Shown here: positions 8,700 to 22,700 of the stretch, piece after piece
Layout: the number at the start of each line of letters is the position of its first letter
How positions within the stretch are numbered: position 1 is the first letter of the stretch
Assembly: GCA_023133595.1 (NCBI GenBank)
Contig: JAGLWF010000003.1
Span: forward strand, 44,369 to 108,368
From: Nanobdellota archaeon
GTDB taxonomy: Archaea > Nanobdellota > Nanobdellia > Woesearchaeales > WJKV01
Direction: 5' to 3'
Length of the DNA: 64,000 nt
Made by a program: the position numbers and the translations under genes
The notes under the pieces: generated by a model
Told to the model about the DNA's origin: nothing
The model's input: the letters and a program-made list of their open reading frames with translations, nothing else
Database searches by the model: none

Positions 8700-11600
8700 A
8701 TGGTGGTAGGTTTGAATAAAGGGATTTATGCAAGAATTCTTCTTGTTTTATGCAGTTTACTAGTACTTTCTGTAGTTGCTTCTGCATTCGATTATATTGC
8801 GATTGATTATGCAGATCCGCGCCTGAATCTAACAAATCTATATTGGAAAGTAATGAGCCCTATAGATCAACCTACAGAAGGAGGGTATCTTTATAGCAAA
8901 AATGATGTGGGAGTAACGAGTAATATTGGTAAATTTCATATAAGAAAATCAGGAACATATAATGTCTGGACATATGTTGTGGCAGACGCATTAGGTCAGT
9001 GTAGAAGCGGAGGACATACCAGAAGAATAAACCTAAGGCAGACACATGCATTAAAACTTGACAGTCAGGTATGGGTCGATGTTGTGCCACAGACAGAGCC
9101 TTATAAATATACTCGGACGTGGGTAAAAGCTTATGATCAGGTACAGCTAAATGCAGGAGAACATACAATACAACTAAAAGATACAGGGGGTGCACAGGAT
9201 CCCTGCGGAGTTGCTTTGATTTATTCAACATACGCAATCACAATGGTGATTACTGATAATCTAGCGCAAACAGCGAGTGGGTTGAGTTATTATTATAATA
9301 AAACTTCTGACGTGATCAAAGGAAAATGCGACGCATTCTATTGGTGCGAAGATGACCAGACATGTTTTTTTGGAGGATATTTTCTGCCAGCACCGGGTGC
9401 GACAGGAATTGCAGCAACAAAGTTTTGTTGTGGAGATCAATCGAATGAAGTCTTTACTAAATTTACCACTGTTGGCCAAACATTCTACAGATGTCTTGTG
9501 AATGAACCAGATAGTGCGCAAAGTGTATGCGGAGCTGTGACTGGACAGTATGAATGGTGGAACCCAGACCAAAATATTGGAACATTAGATGATAATTGTT
9601 GCGGTGATGATGATTATGATAATGGTGCGATATCTAAAGAAAGCGCAGCAGGCGGTGTCTACTTGATGTGCGACCGTACAGATATTGGAACTCCTGTTGT
9701 AAGGCAGGCAACTAATGTTTATGCTGGAAGTGTCTATAAGATTGAACGACCATCTCAAAGAACCTATGACGTTCTTACAACAGCCACTGGAAAATTTATT
9801 CCATGTTCATATATAAAACATAGTGGAAATTATGCATTTTGGAATCCTGCAGGAACATTTGTAGATTACCAGAATCGTATTCGTGTCGGATCGAGTGAAT
9901 TCTTGTGCGATGTGAGGGGGGATCGAGGTTATTATAGAATATACGAATGTAGAAACGCAATGCCTTCAGGCGGAAGATATACTGCATTAACAGCTCAAGA
10001 AGAAAAGTCTAACGACGATAATCGTGGATTTGTGATGGGAAAGGCTATAGTGAATCCATTCCCAGAAGATTGGTCTGGGTTTAGCAGGCAGAGTGAGACT
10101 CCGTGCTCAGCAGATTTTTGTACCACTTTTGCAAACCCAATACAAGACGAATTATCAACAAATACATTCAAATTAGTGTCTTGGTATAATGGGGATTTCG
10201 CCTTTGATATTTATTTTGAGAATCCTGAAAAAGCAAAGGATCTTGACTTTTATCTTGCTGGACGAAACACTACAGGGGTTATGCCTTCAATTCGAGGCCA
10301 GTTATCGCAATATTTCACCAGTTCACGAAAAGAAGGAACCGGAAGATGGTATCATGTCATAATCCCTAAAGAAAGAGTTAATGTCGCGATACCGTCTGGT
10401 TTTGCTATTGGATTTGCTCTGATACCAAAAACAAACATTGGAAAGGTAAAATTGTCAAATCCTCATCTGAAATCGACCTACCCCCAAACGTTTTACTGCG
10501 GCGAGGATCTGGATTCTGGTACAGGAAAATGGATCACTGACCCAGATGATAATGGAAAAGCTTGTGACGCATTATTGACTGCTGACTGGACTGGAACGAG
10601 ATGTTGCGGCGATGACAGAACAACCGAGAATATCGCACGAGGGAATATGAAAGGAGAATTTTTCTTTGATACAGATGGAATGTGTTTCAATTCGTTGAAA
10701 GTTCCAGAGACTGGAACAGTCCAGCGCATCGCGGTTCCAGATGCGCAAGGCAATAAAAAGTTTAAGCTATTGGCAGATTCTGACACTGGAAAGATTTATT
10801 CGTGCGGTGCAGATGAAAGTGGTTTTGGATGGTTAACAGAAATCAGATCTACAGACGGAAGTAATCAAGATATGGTTGAAGAAGCGCAGACATGTGATGC
10901 ATTCGGCACAAGATCAAGAAGTTATTTCTGCAATGGAACCGAATGGGATGATGCGACATACACTATAACAGACCCGGACAATTTTCCAGGAACAATAAAG
11001 CCTTTGGATCGTACTGTCCAGTCAAAAGATCCAACAGGAACGAAATTGGGATGCTGCAGGCAGGACGAATGTTTTGATGGAACAACATGCGTTGATTCTG
11101 AACACGATGACCAGCCAGAAGAACCAGAAGGGGGTGGAACAATGTGCATGCGCGGTCACTGGATAAACGCCTCAATCATATATGACTGGCTGACTGACGA
11201 GTTCGGTTTTTGCGCAGAAAGCAGCGAATGCTTGTTAGATCCAGATGCAGATACATTGATCACATCAGATGAAACATTATCAATCTGTAAACCTTCTGGA
11301 TGGTATGCTGAATCGTCACAGATCGAAGGCCTGGGTAAAAGTCTAGGGTATAACGAAGATAAGATTAATGCGATATATTGTGATGATGGAAAATGGATGT
11401 CGAGGACAAAGTTTATAGCACAGAAAATGTTAGCGATTCCAAGCACAGAGGACTATACTTTAGTTTGCGGATTTCCATCTGAAGTTCTTGTTGATGAAGG
11501 TTTAGGATTCAGGGGGTATAGTCCAATTGCAAGTTCTGCAATGAGATTCACAAACGAATTTGACGAGGATGTCTTTAATCATCTCTGTATCTTGCAGTAT

Positions 11601-12284
11601 AGAGGAAAGTTAATTCTGGGTGCGAGCTTTAACAAATTTGGAGATGATATCGAGATTCCAATTGAAAACCAGATCTCAATTGAAAAAGCATTATATGAAG
11701 CATTTGATATAAAATATATTGACTTTTCTGTATGCGGAGGAAGTTCAGACAGGTTTGATTTCAAAGCGTGCATAATTCAGTCAGATTCAGCGACAAATGC
11801 AAGATTTTACTGGAATGATATGACGCAAACTTTTATCTATACTCCGAATGGAGGAGATGTCTTGTCAACTGGTTTTATCTCCAGTTTGTATAATCTGTTC
11901 ATCACACCGATTCTGAACTTGTTGGATGTTGTGAAACAAAATATTTTCGAGGTCGCGCCAACTCCACTGCAGGACACAACCTTATTTTCTCGTCTCTATG
12001 TAAGAAAACTTGGCAACCGAAGAATCTTTAGTATTATTGAACCAAAGAAAGGAACAGGATCAACAATCTATGATTATATGACAGCAAGATATGAGAATTT
12101 TCCAGAAGATATCTGTGCATCTGTGGATATCTATGATATTGAACGGGCGCAGCAAGCAATAATGTGCAATAAAAATGGAACAGTACAGACAGTGTTTGCA
12201 GTTGTAGGTTCTAATAATCCTGTCGCATTGCTGGCCCCGCGCGATTTTGTTCAATCAATAACCCAACAAAGAAGAATATCATAA
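8700..12284 (+). CDS. Large (1194 aa) cysteine-rich secreted/surface protein; N-terminal hydrophobic signal (NKG-IYARILLVLCSLLVLSVVASA); recurring CCGDD/CCGDQ motifs
   Basis: One long uninterrupted ORF. Signal/TM at the N-terminus. CCGDDDYDNG, RCCGDDRTTEN, FCCGDQSNE and GCCRQDECFDG modules recur. No recognisable catalytic motif. Confidence 0.6.
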   Translation: MVVGLNKGIYARILLVLCSLLVLSVVASAFDYIAIDYADPRLNLTNLYWKVMSPIDQPTEGGYLYSKNDVGVTSNIGKFHIRKSGTYNVWTYVVADALGQCRSGGHTRRINLRQTHALKLDSQVWVDVVPQTEPYKYTRTWVKAYDQVQLNAGEHTIQLKDTGGAQDPCGVALIYSTYAITMVITDNLAQTASGLSYYYNKTSDVIKGKCDAFYWCEDDQTCFFGGYFLPAPGATGIAATKFCCGDQSNEVFTKFTTVGQTFYRCLVNEPDSAQSVCGAVTGQYEWWNPDQNIGTLDDNCCGDDDYDNGAISKESAAGGVYLMCDRTDIGTPVVRQATNVYAGSVYKIERPSQRTYDVLTTATGKFIPCSYIKHSGNYAFWNPAGTFVDYQNRIRVGSSEFLCDVRGDRGYYRIYECRNAMPSGGRYTALTAQEEKSNDDNRGFVMGKAIVNPFPEDWSGFSRQSETPCSADFCTTFANPIQDELSTNTFKLVSWYNGDFAFDIYFENPEKAKDLDFYLAGRNTTGVMPSIRGQLSQYFTSSRKEGTGRWYHVIIPKERVNVAIPSGFAIGFALIPKTNIGKVKLSNPHLKSTYPQTFYCGEDLDSGTGKWITDPDDNGKACDALLTADWTGTRCCGDDRTTENIARGNMKGEFFFDTDGMCFNSLKVPETGTVQRIAVPDAQGNKKFKLLADSDTGKIYSCGADESGFGWLTEIRSTDGSNQDMVEEAQTCDAFGTRSRSYFCNGTEWDDATYTITDPDNFPGTIKPLDRTVQSKDPTGTKLGCCRQDECFDGTTCVDSEHDDQPEEPEGGGTMCMRGHWINASIIYDWLTDEFGFCAESSECLLDPDADTLITSDETLSICKPSGWYAESSQIEGLGKSLGYNEDKINAIYCDDGKWMSRTKFIAQKMLAIPSTEDYTLVCGFPSEVLVDEGLGFRGYSPIASSAMRFTNEFDEDVFNHLCILQYRGKLILGASFNKFGDDIEIPIENQISIEKALYEAFDIKYIDFSVCGGSSDRFDFKACIIQSDSATNARFYWNDMTQTFIYTPNGGDVLSTGFISSLYNLFITPILNLLDVVKQNIFEVAPTPLQDTTLFSRLYVRKLGNRRIFSIIEPKKGTGSTIYDYMTARYENFPEDICASVDIYDIERAQQAIMCNKNGTVQTVFAVVGSNNPVALLAPRDFVQSITQQRRIS

Positions 12285-13651
12285 TGAAAAGAGGTCAAGT
12301 TACATTATTCATAGTACTAGGAATTATTATTCTTCTAGTTTTCTTGTTTGCATTCTACCTTGTTGCTAACCTTTCTGGAGAGCCACTGGAAGCACAAAAA
12401 CTCGTGGTTGCAAAAAGCAAGCTGCAGTCAGAATCTTTGCGTTACTATGTTGAGTCATGTGTAAAAAAAGCTGCAAACGACGGTTTGATGCTGATATCTA
12501 ACCAAGGAGGATTTATTTTTAATGGACAACCAGGAAGCAGTATTTCATGCACAGAAACATCGTGCACACCTGGCGGGATGATAACAATTGAAGGATGGAA
12601 AACACCGTACCTGATAACCCCGAATCCTGTCTTGGTTCCGCAAGCATATCCGTATCTAAAATTTCCGTGTGCTGCCAACATGAGCTGGCCATACTGTCGA
12701 TATAATTATGATCCAAATATAACAATCTCGCCATTTATTGCTGTTTCCAGTTTACCTTATCTTTACAAATTTGAAGGTGAGGATAGCATACAAGAACAGT
12801 TAGAGAAATATATTGAATATAAAACAAATGAATGCATTGATTTTGGTGGGGTCACAAATATCACCGGCATCCCTTATCTGATCCAATCTGAAATGCCGAC
12901 TGCAAACTTAACTATTACTGCATATGATCTTCGCGCGACACTAAAACTTCCATTGAAAATATCAGGGGAAGGTTCGTATCCAGTAATAGAAGTGCAGGAG
13001 TATGAAGTAATCCTTCCTGTACGTTACGGTCATTTTTATTCTTTTGTCAGGGATATTGTCAACAAGGAAAGCGCAGATCCGGGTTTTGATATTAATGATT
13101 ATGATACTCTTGGCACGTATTGGCCAGGGTTTTTTGTTCATGTCCAGCCGGATAAAAACTCAGGAGGAGGAGATGATCTAGTAATTATTCGCGACGATCA
13201 ATCGTTTATAGGTCAGAAGATGTTAGAGTTTAGATTTATTCGCGCAAACCTGCCACCAGTATTGAATTATACGCGCGGCTCAGGTTATTCTAACTCTTCT
13301 GATTTTATTATTTACATAGTTGGTGAAGCGCAAAGACTTGATGTCGTGCCGTTTGCAGTGGATCCAAACGAAGATGTTCTGCAGTATTCCTATGCACAGT
13401 GGGGACAGCAGTTTTTTGAGAAATATATCGGGCCAGGACAGAGCCAAGCTCTGCCGATCCAGGGTCACGAAAAGTGGATGAAGCCAGGCTATGATCCTAT
13501 TTCTGGTGCTGCGTATGTTATTGTGAATAAAACCCGCGATCTTGGAAAACATAAATTTTCCATCAAAGCAGAAGATCCAACTTTCATGTACGATCTGCAG
13601 ACAGCAAATATTTCTGTCTGGGATGCTGCAATGTTTACTGGGAGTCCATGA
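12284..13651 (+). CDS. 455-aa protein with a class III (type IV prepilin-like) signal peptide and a large extracellular domain
   Basis: N-terminus MKRGQVTLFIVLGIIILLVFLFAFYLV fits the [KR]G-cleavage plus hydrophobic-stretch pattern. Overlaps the stop of the upstream gene (ATGA). Confidence 0.5.
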   Translation: MKRGQVTLFIVLGIIILLVFLFAFYLVANLSGEPLEAQKLVVAKSKLQSESLRYYVESCVKKAANDGLMLISNQGGFIFNGQPGSSISCTETSCTPGGMITIEGWKTPYLITPNPVLVPQAYPYLKFPCAANMSWPYCRYNYDPNITISPFIAVSSLPYLYKFEGEDSIQEQLEKYIEYKTNECIDFGGVTNITGIPYLIQSEMPTANLTITAYDLRATLKLPLKISGEGSYPVIEVQEYEVILPVRYGHFYSFVRDIVNKESADPGFDINDYDTLGTYWPGFFVHVQPDKNSGGGDDLVIIRDDQSFIGQKMLEFRFIRANLPPVLNYTRGSGYSNSSDFIIYIVGEAQRLDVVPFAVDPNEDVLQYSYAQWGQQFFEKYIGPGQSQALPIQGHEKWMKPGYDPISGAAYVIVNKTRDLGKHKFSIKAEDPTFMYDLQTANISVWDAAMFTGSP

Positions 13652-13731
13652 GTTATTCATAAAATACCCAAACATTTATAAATGGAAAAGCGATAGATAT
13701 TATCACACGGGATTGAAAGAGAGGTTGGTGG

Positions 13732-16700
13732 ATGAAATACAAAATAGTCCTATTATTAATTCTGATTTTAGCTATTTTTACCTGTCTATCCTCTTATGTT
13801 TATGCTTCGTGCTGTGTGAATGAACAAACTTCGTTCACAAGCGTTGTTAATGACATTACGTGTATTGACAATCTTCCATTGTCCGCATGTCCAGTAGGAT
13901 ACAATGCAACTGTTGCTTCTTGCAGTGCTGTCCCGCAGTGTGGATGTTGCGTCTGTACACCAGCTTCTGGAGGAAAACAAGTCTTTGCTTCTGGTGATAT
14001 GCGTGTCTCGAACAATTTCTGTACTGCATTTTGCAGCCAGGCAACAGGAGATCCAACGCATCAATTGATTCCTGGGCTTACAGCTGCACAGTGTAGCGGA
14101 CAAATCGCTGCGCAGACAGTATCTGGCCGTGTAACAGACCAGTCTGGAAATCCGATTGTCGGAGCGACTGTGACTGCGCCTTCTGGCTCTTCTGTGACAG
14201 ATAATGGGGGTTTCTATACTATCGGAGTGATTGCTCCTGTCACAACATTAAACATATCAAAATCAGGTATTTCAACATCAATCCAAGTGGATACCCGTAT
14301 CAGAACAACTGGTTGGAATGTAAGCCTTACCCTGGCTGCGCGCGTCGCAGACCTATACGGTAAGGTTACTCCAATCATCAACAATGTTCCGAGCACAACA
14401 CCGATACCAAACACAAGGATCAAGATCACAGATGGTGTGAACACGTTCAATACAATGACAGATGCTGTCGGCGAGTATCGTTTCATTGGGATTCCACTCG
14501 CCACATATCAATTGACAGCGAACAAATGCGCATACTTCAAAAAACAAGAATCTGTTACAGTATCAGCACCTACAACAGCACACAACATCCTTCTTCAGCC
14601 AGCGCCTAAAGAAATAATCTCTGGGACAGTGCGTGATACGCAGAACCGGATGATAGAAGATGTTGATTTCATTGTGTCTCCACCAGCAGGAGTTGTTACA
14701 AAAAGCGATGCAAACGGAAGGTTCCTGATAACAGATATTGATTCCAATTGTCAATATTCGATAAAAGCAACAAAGACGCCGCAGTACAGTGAACAGAGCA
14801 AAGTAGTAAATATTTATGCAGATGATTTTGTTACAACAAATCCTCTGAATTTTGTCCTTGCACCAGGCCCGGCATTCAATTTCTGTGCTGATATTGGCGA
14901 CTGTCGTGGAGAGGATATGAGACTGGGCAGTGCAGATGATTGCGGTTGCCCTGCAAATAAGATCTGCAATGCATTGACTGGAGAATGCGATGCGCGACCG
15001 ATAGTAGATTGCTGCGATTTCACGTTCCAGTGCCAGCCGCAGGCAGCAAAGCTTGCACCAACACCGCAGTGCGCTGGGAAAACAACGTGCGCAAACACGT
15101 GCGCAGAAATAATAGATTGCCCAGTAGATGAAAAATTGAGCAATGCAAATGTTGACGGTGTGTGCGAGTGTAGCGGCCAGTTGGTTTCTGTAACTCCAAG
15201 CATTGCAGAATTGTATAATATCCCGTTAGCAAGCGGAAAATATTGCTGCCCGTATTCATCAACACCAATAACAAACATGACATGCCAGGCGCAGAGCAAG
15301 GCAATAGTATTCGGCACAATTGTCAGCAAAATTACGCAATTGCCAATAGATGCCGCGATTCATGTTGACGGATCTCTAATTCCAATAGGATATAGCGACG
15401 CTGAGACTGGAGAATATGAAATTTATCTAACCCCGAATACTGCGCACACAATACAGTTCAGGAGAGAACCATTATATCTGCCAGTGATACGGAGTGTGCA
15501 GGCATTCAACTTGAAGAAAGGAGTGCGTTACAGGTTGGATGCAGAATTGCGCACAACCGAGATATTGTGCAATTATCCAACAAATCCACCTGTTCCAGAG
15601 TTTGCAGCTGAACATGTAAAATGCAAACCAGAAGCGAAATTAGTATGGGACAAAGATTACTGCCGGAATGATATTGGCGTGCAATCTTTTGCAATAGCAA
15701 ATGTCAATGACGATAAAATTTACCTTGTTGATAAGGATCAAGACGAATTTATCATTAAAGATTTAGAATGGGGAGAGACTTATGATTTCACAATACAGGC
15801 TGTATACGCTGACAGCAATCGACCGAGAGCAAGTGATCCAGTGACAATATCATTCTCAGCAGGAGATGCAGATTGTGCAGGCCAGTGTGATGATAAAGAA
15901 TTCTGCCTGTCAAACACCCAGAGAAGAATATGCGATAATAAGAATAAATTATCTTCTGCAGTTTCACCAGGATCTTTTGCTGATTGCGCTGAACATAAAA
16001 CAGCTGAAGGTACTGAAGCTGACTGGTTCTGTGCTGGACCGAACCAGCAAGGAAAAACCGTTTGTTTGATGGAGAATCAGTGCGGTTATGACTTGTCATC
16101 ACCAGTTCCCTTCTTAGGATTATTGTTCAATGATTTGAAATGTTCCAGAAATCTGAACACTGGAAAGATGAACAATGGATGTTATCTTGACAGAAGCACA
16201 ACCACTGTAGATTTTTGTTATTCCTGCCCAAAACCAGACAGTGAAGATTTTAACTGTTACACCTATGATTCCAAGTATGCGTGCGAGAATAACAGATGTA
16301 ATCTTCCAGGGGATTGCAGGTGGGTTCCAACAAGTTATTTTAATCTTGGAGAGGGCATATGTTATGATTATAATATGATTTCTGATACAAAATATGATCA
16401 GATAGAAGCTGGAAAAGAGATTGGGAGCGAATGCAGTGAGTGCAGCAAGCAAGGGGATCTCTTTGGCAATATTGATTGCGAGCAAGATGCCTGCAGTAAA
16501 TTAGGCTTGTGTTATTCTTCTGACGAACAGGGAACTTCTTGTTTTGAATGTAGTGAACAGACAGCATGTTCAGATTTCAAGACACGGGAGAGTTGCATCT
16601 CTGCTACAGGAGAAGATCGCAGATTCAATCTATTCTCTTCACCGTCAGCTCCAGAGAGTGCGCAGTACAGTGATGATGCGTGCGGATTAGGAGTCTGTGC

Positions 16701-19700
16701 ATGGAACGAAGTGAATGGAACGTGTTACAAAGATGGGAATGCTGATGGAAAATCAGATTGTGTGAGTGTCCAGTTTGGCGTGGAGTCTTTCAATTCCGTG
16801 TGTGCGAGAGACACACATCCTCCAACTACCACGCCGAACTTTGACACTTTAATCTTGAACAACATGTCTGATGATCCAGAGAATATAATAAGTTTCAATG
16901 TGACTGAACCAATTGAGAGGTTCAATTATTGCCTGCACAAAGAAGGAGAAACAGAATGCACAGGGATGTACAAAATAAGCGGAACCAATACTGAGTTTGT
17001 GAAAGGATACACAATAAGCTTTAATCCTGTAAATCAGTTCAGAAATATTGTTGACAGCGCTGGCAATTATAAAATAAGATATTTCTCTGAAGATATGAAC
17101 AAGAATGTGGAGTTATTGAAAGAAACAGTCCTTTACATTGATCCGTTCGCACCGCAAATATTGATACAGAATAGTGCAGAATGCTTGAACTGTGAGGAAC
17201 AGCTTGATTGTTACACAGAAGATGCTTATGTCTCGCAGTTCATTGTCAGCATGAGTGCAGATGAGATTTCAGTGTGCCAGGCATACCTCATTCCACCAGG
17301 AGAGACACGAGCAACAACAATATATCATGATATTTTTGCAGTGGATGTCATAACTCCTACAACAATAATATATGCTCCAGAAACAGGCCTGCCAGATGGC
17401 AATTATAGATTTGTGCTTGAATGTGAAGATATTGTTGGGAATAAAATTGAGGAAGAACATACTTTCAAGATAGACTCTTTCAATCTTATCAGTGATCCGA
17501 TACCAACTGGCCCGGTTAAGGAGTTAGGCATAAGCTATGATATTGATACCTCGCAGGTCTCGAACTGCTATATTTCAATCGATGGGCGGGAAGATGTAAT
17601 CATGGACCAGGGAGCAGGCGCGAAAAGACATACTTTAGGAAAAGCGTACAACATAAACACATATCATTCCTACAGAGTAAAATGTATTCCAAAGTTTGCA
17701 ATAAATCCAAATCGCTGCGACACAGAATATTATGATTTTGCAATAGATAATGCTCCACCTAAAATAAAGTCTTATATCAATGGCAATGAGTTTGATGAAT
17801 TAGACTGGACATTATTCATGACAGATCCTACAGATCTAGTGATCATTGCAGAAGATAAAGGAATCCAGAACTCAGAAATAAGCTTTGGAATAGATCATAT
17901 TGCATATTGCACCCGAGATGATTTATTAACTTGCGATCCAGCAACAGCATTGGACGCTGCAAAACGATTTGGAGAATCTAAGATAATAATTCCTGTTGAT
18001 AAGAATATCAAAGTATGTTACTATGCTGTGGACAAGGGCGGGAATAAAGGAAGGATAAAGTGCGGGAAAACATTGTTTACACCAATCCCGGATATTGCGA
18101 TAGATTCACCAACCCAAGATACAATCACTGATGATCCTAGACTGACAGTCACAGCACTGCACGATGTCTCTGACGCAACAGAAGCAGTGATATCTGCGTT
18201 TGACGGAGAGAATAGCATATCTGTGAGCGCAAGCATTATTGACGCGACAGTGAGCGGAACATTGACTTCCTTGTTTCCGGGATTAAACATTGTTTATGCA
18301 AGAATCAAAACTGCAGGCGGTATGTGGGGTGAAGATTCTGTTGATGTTTACTATGATACTGAAGGCCCTGTAATTGAACTTACTTCTGATCGTGTCTTTG
18401 AGTATGGAGATACAATTGAAGTAGAGGCTGAAATTGTGGATACGCACTGGACAGCAGTCGAGACACCAGATGGCAGCGGAGATGTGACCGAGGCAAGCGC
18501 TGTGATCCAGAGCATGTTATTGACAGACAATTTTACATTGCTGAAAGCCGGAAAAATATTCTCCCAGAGCATCACGCCAATCTTGTTGCAGAATAATTTA
18601 TACAATTATCTTCCTGGAGAATATCTTATCACAATCAATGCAAAAGACAGATTCGGAAATATCGCAGTAGATACATACAATATTTCTATTGTCGACACTT
18701 CACCGACAGAGATTGATGTCGGGCTTGATGATTATGGAACACGCGAAGAAAATACTTTCTATACAACATCAACAAAACCAAAGATTCAAGTAACAACCAC
18801 AGAACCTGCAACGTGCGAACTGCACATGATCTCGAGCACGCCAATACTTGTCGAAGACTTCTGGGAAGATGAAACTTCGCGAGCACATGAGTATGAATCT
18901 GAACATTATCTTGAGTTTGATACTGGAAGCGTGCAGATATTCAATGCAATGATATTATGCACTGACTTATTCGGCGGTAATGTTGACGAAGTTCCGATAC
19001 GGATAGTTTACGATGATGTTGCGCCAGACCTAGCATTATTCAGCACACTTGGCACTAAACAGATCGAGAAAGAAGGCTTTGTCTACGAGATAACAGAACC
19101 TGGACAATATGGAGTTTTATCAACATTGATCACTGCGCGCGACCTGCGGGATAATGAAGAGATAATCTGTGAATACACCTGCAATAAAGATGAGAATGAA
19201 TCGTGTGACCCGACAACAGAGACCAGGGCAGGTTTCATGGACTTTGGAATGGAGGAATACAATGCTGGACAAATCATGCAGATAAATGTCGGAAGCGCTA
19301 ATATAATAGATGGAGAATATCGGCTTGATGTGAACTGTACTGATAAAGCATTGAACGCGATAACAAAAGATCTTGTGCTTTTCTTTAATATTCAGAGAGA
19401 TATGTTCAAGATCATAGCTGCAGGTCCTTCTGGAGAGATTACAAGCACTGCACCAGACGTCTATGTCCTGACAAATCTTCCAACGAGTAAATGCGAATGG
19501 GACAAACCATTGGCAGGAAATGTCGCATTAACACCAGCCACAGATAAACGAATGAACAGATTCTTTTCATTCACACCTTCTGGTTTAGCTGTCGGCAATT
19601 ATTCGTACACTATAGAATGTGCTCAGTTTGATACTGGCAATACTGACAGTATTGATGTGGACTTTAGTATCAGCGCAACTGGAGGAGCAACTGGAACATA

Positions 19701-22700
19701 TGTTGTTAAAGGAATGGCGGCATTATATCTAGGTTCTAGTGATACGCAAGCACCGATGATAACAAACATTGACCTGCGAACCAATAATGGAAAACGCGGA
19801 ATCTATGTTGATGATTTCAGGGAAAATTATAAACGTATCAGAGTTCTAGAAGGAGGGGATGCGAACAATAATATTATGATACAATTGACCGCAGATGCGA
19901 TCGAAGCTGTTGTCTGCAGGTACAGTGAACAGTATCAGAACTTTGCGCAGATGGAGAATGAATTCTATTCATCCGAGTATGCGTTCTATCCAAAATCCCC
20001 ATTCATCAAACTTACAACTGGAACAAGCAAACGTTATTATGTAAGCTGCCGCGACAGCGCAGGCAATACAGCTGCACCGTACACTGTGGAACTTTCTGTT
20101 GACTTTAACGCGCCTGTTGAAATAATTGAGGCCTCTCCTGTTGGTTATGTGAACCAATACCCGATCATCAAGACAACAACTGTGCAGGATGTCGATTGTG
20201 TATATGATACTGCAACATCGACTAACAATCAGATGAAAAAGTATGATATTGCAGATTATTATGGCCATACAAGCGCGTTATTCCCGGGTTCTGTCATTGT
20301 CATCCCCGAGGAAGAAGATCAGACAATAACAGTGAGCTGCGGTTCTGGAGTCAGACAGACTTCTGAGACAATAACATTTGCACTTGACAAGACATTGCCA
20401 ACACTCACAATCACAAGCCCAGAGGATGATGAGGTGCTGGATACTCCGGACTTTGAACTTCGCGGATCAACAGAGATCGGTGTTGAGCTGGATATCTATG
20501 TCAACCGAGCATATCAAGGGAAAGTTGAAGTCTTATTGGACGGAACTTTTGATTCCACTGTTTCACTGGACACTTCTGGAGAGAATGTCATTGATGTAAT
20601 CGCAACAGATAAAGCAGGAAATAAGGTGGAAAAGAGCATTACTGTGACCACAACTTCTGATGCTTCCCGTGTTGTTGCAATATTTCCGTCAGCAGGTCTG
20701 ATTGGAGATCTGTCAGAGATTGTCGCTGTTGTGCGCGGAGAAAGATTCAGTCCGACACGGACAATATTTGACGTGTCAAAGGATGGAGAAACATTCAGCG
20801 GCAATGTGATCTATGATTCTGAAGAGGATGTTCTTGCATTTAAATCTACTTTAGGTTACTTCCCATCTGGAAATTATGAAGCTGAAGTAATCCCTGTTGA
20901 TAGTGATGGAATGCCTGGCTTTGTAAAGCGTGTATCATTCACAGTCGATGTGACACAGCCTAGATTGAGATGGATCTCACCATCATCAGAACGCGCAATA
21001 ATAAATAAACAAAATATACGGGCGGTTGTAGAACTGCAGCCGATATCGAACAGAAGAGTAATTACCCAGGCAGATATATCTGCGAGCAGTGACGGACTAG
21101 ACTTTTCAAAGTTCGACTTTGTCAAGAAAGGAGATCTTTATTATGCAGATCTTAGTCTGGCAGAAGGGGTCAATTATATCCGGATTGATGCTGCAGACCT
21201 TCCAGGCACAGTGCACCATACAAGAACAATTGTTGTTGATTTGCGAGGCGCAAGCGCAGTTATCGAGCCATCAGGCACGATCACAACATCGCGGCCGACA
21301 ATCATTGTCCAATTTTCAGAAGATGTCGAGCTTGTTTCCTTCTCTCTGACAGAGTTTGGCAATGGAGACAGATTCACGCATGCATTGGAATTATCAGATG
21401 CGACCAGCAGAGAGTTTACATTTGATGCAGTATCTCAACTATTATCTGGAAGCTATACTTTCTCGATAACTGTGAAAGATATCAATGGTAATGAAGCAAC
21501 AACAACCCAGAACTTTGTTGTCGACATCGGAGATGTTGTGCAGAAATTAGTGAAACCAAAGAATATGGTCGCTCCAGGAACACCGTTCAATCTCATACTT
21601 GAAACAAACCAGGATGCGAACTGCCGTTACTCGCGCATCTATGACCCGGGTGTGCATAGCTCGATAGGACAATTCACAGGCTTATTTGGCGAGACTGGCG
21701 GAATAAGGCATACAATAAATGAATTCACAAGTGTTGATGCGATCTACCCAGCCACTAATAATATCTATATCTGGTGTGAAGGCTTGACAACATTGAGAGA
21801 ATCGCAGCCAGTACTGTATGCATTCTCTATTGACAAGACCGCGCCCAGGATACTTGACGCTTATGTTGAACCAGATGAAGTTGCAGAATATCCATTGGAG
21901 ACAGAACTCTTTGTCGAGACAGACGAACCAGCAATATGCAAGTATGAGTGTAATAGTGCAACTGCCTCCTACGATTTCATGGATTATGCATTATCAGAAT
22001 CGTACGAAGAGATACAGAGCGGAATTATTGAACTTGAAGATAATACAATGTACTTGTGCAATATAGTATGCGCGAATCTTGCAGGATTGAAATCTGCAGT
22101 CTTGGAAGTTTCGTTTAATGTTGATACTTCATTGGGTGTTGGTCTGCGCATAATAAAGCCTAAAGACGGCGCTGCTTATTCAGAATATACAGTCCCATTA
22201 AAACTCAAGAGCGAGAATATTGCAGAATGTGAATATAGTCTTGATGGTGAAGAGGCAATAAACTTCCCAGACATTGGCCAGTCGTTTGAGATAATGCTTG
22301 AGAACCTGAGTGTTGGAAAGCATGAAGTTACTGTTGACTGTATCTATAGCACTGGAGATGGCAGTATATCATCCACCTTCTATATCGATGATACTCCGCC
22401 TTCTGAGACTGTTGTTAATGTCGGCGATGTCGCGTGCAGTTCAGAGAATATTGATGTGACATGGGAAGGTACCGATAGTGATAGTGGAATCATTGAATAT
22501 GAAGTGGCACTGCGTACAGAGGAATCAGAAGAAGGTGTATATGACGTAAAAGAATTTACATCTGTTGGAAATTCAACAAAACTGCCTCAAGGTTTCTTGC
22601 CAGATCTTGATTCGGAAAGATATGTATTCGGAGTAAAAGCAATGAATCGTGCAGGTCTATGGGGCGAACCAGTTGAAAGTTTGGTCTTCCTGATAGATCC

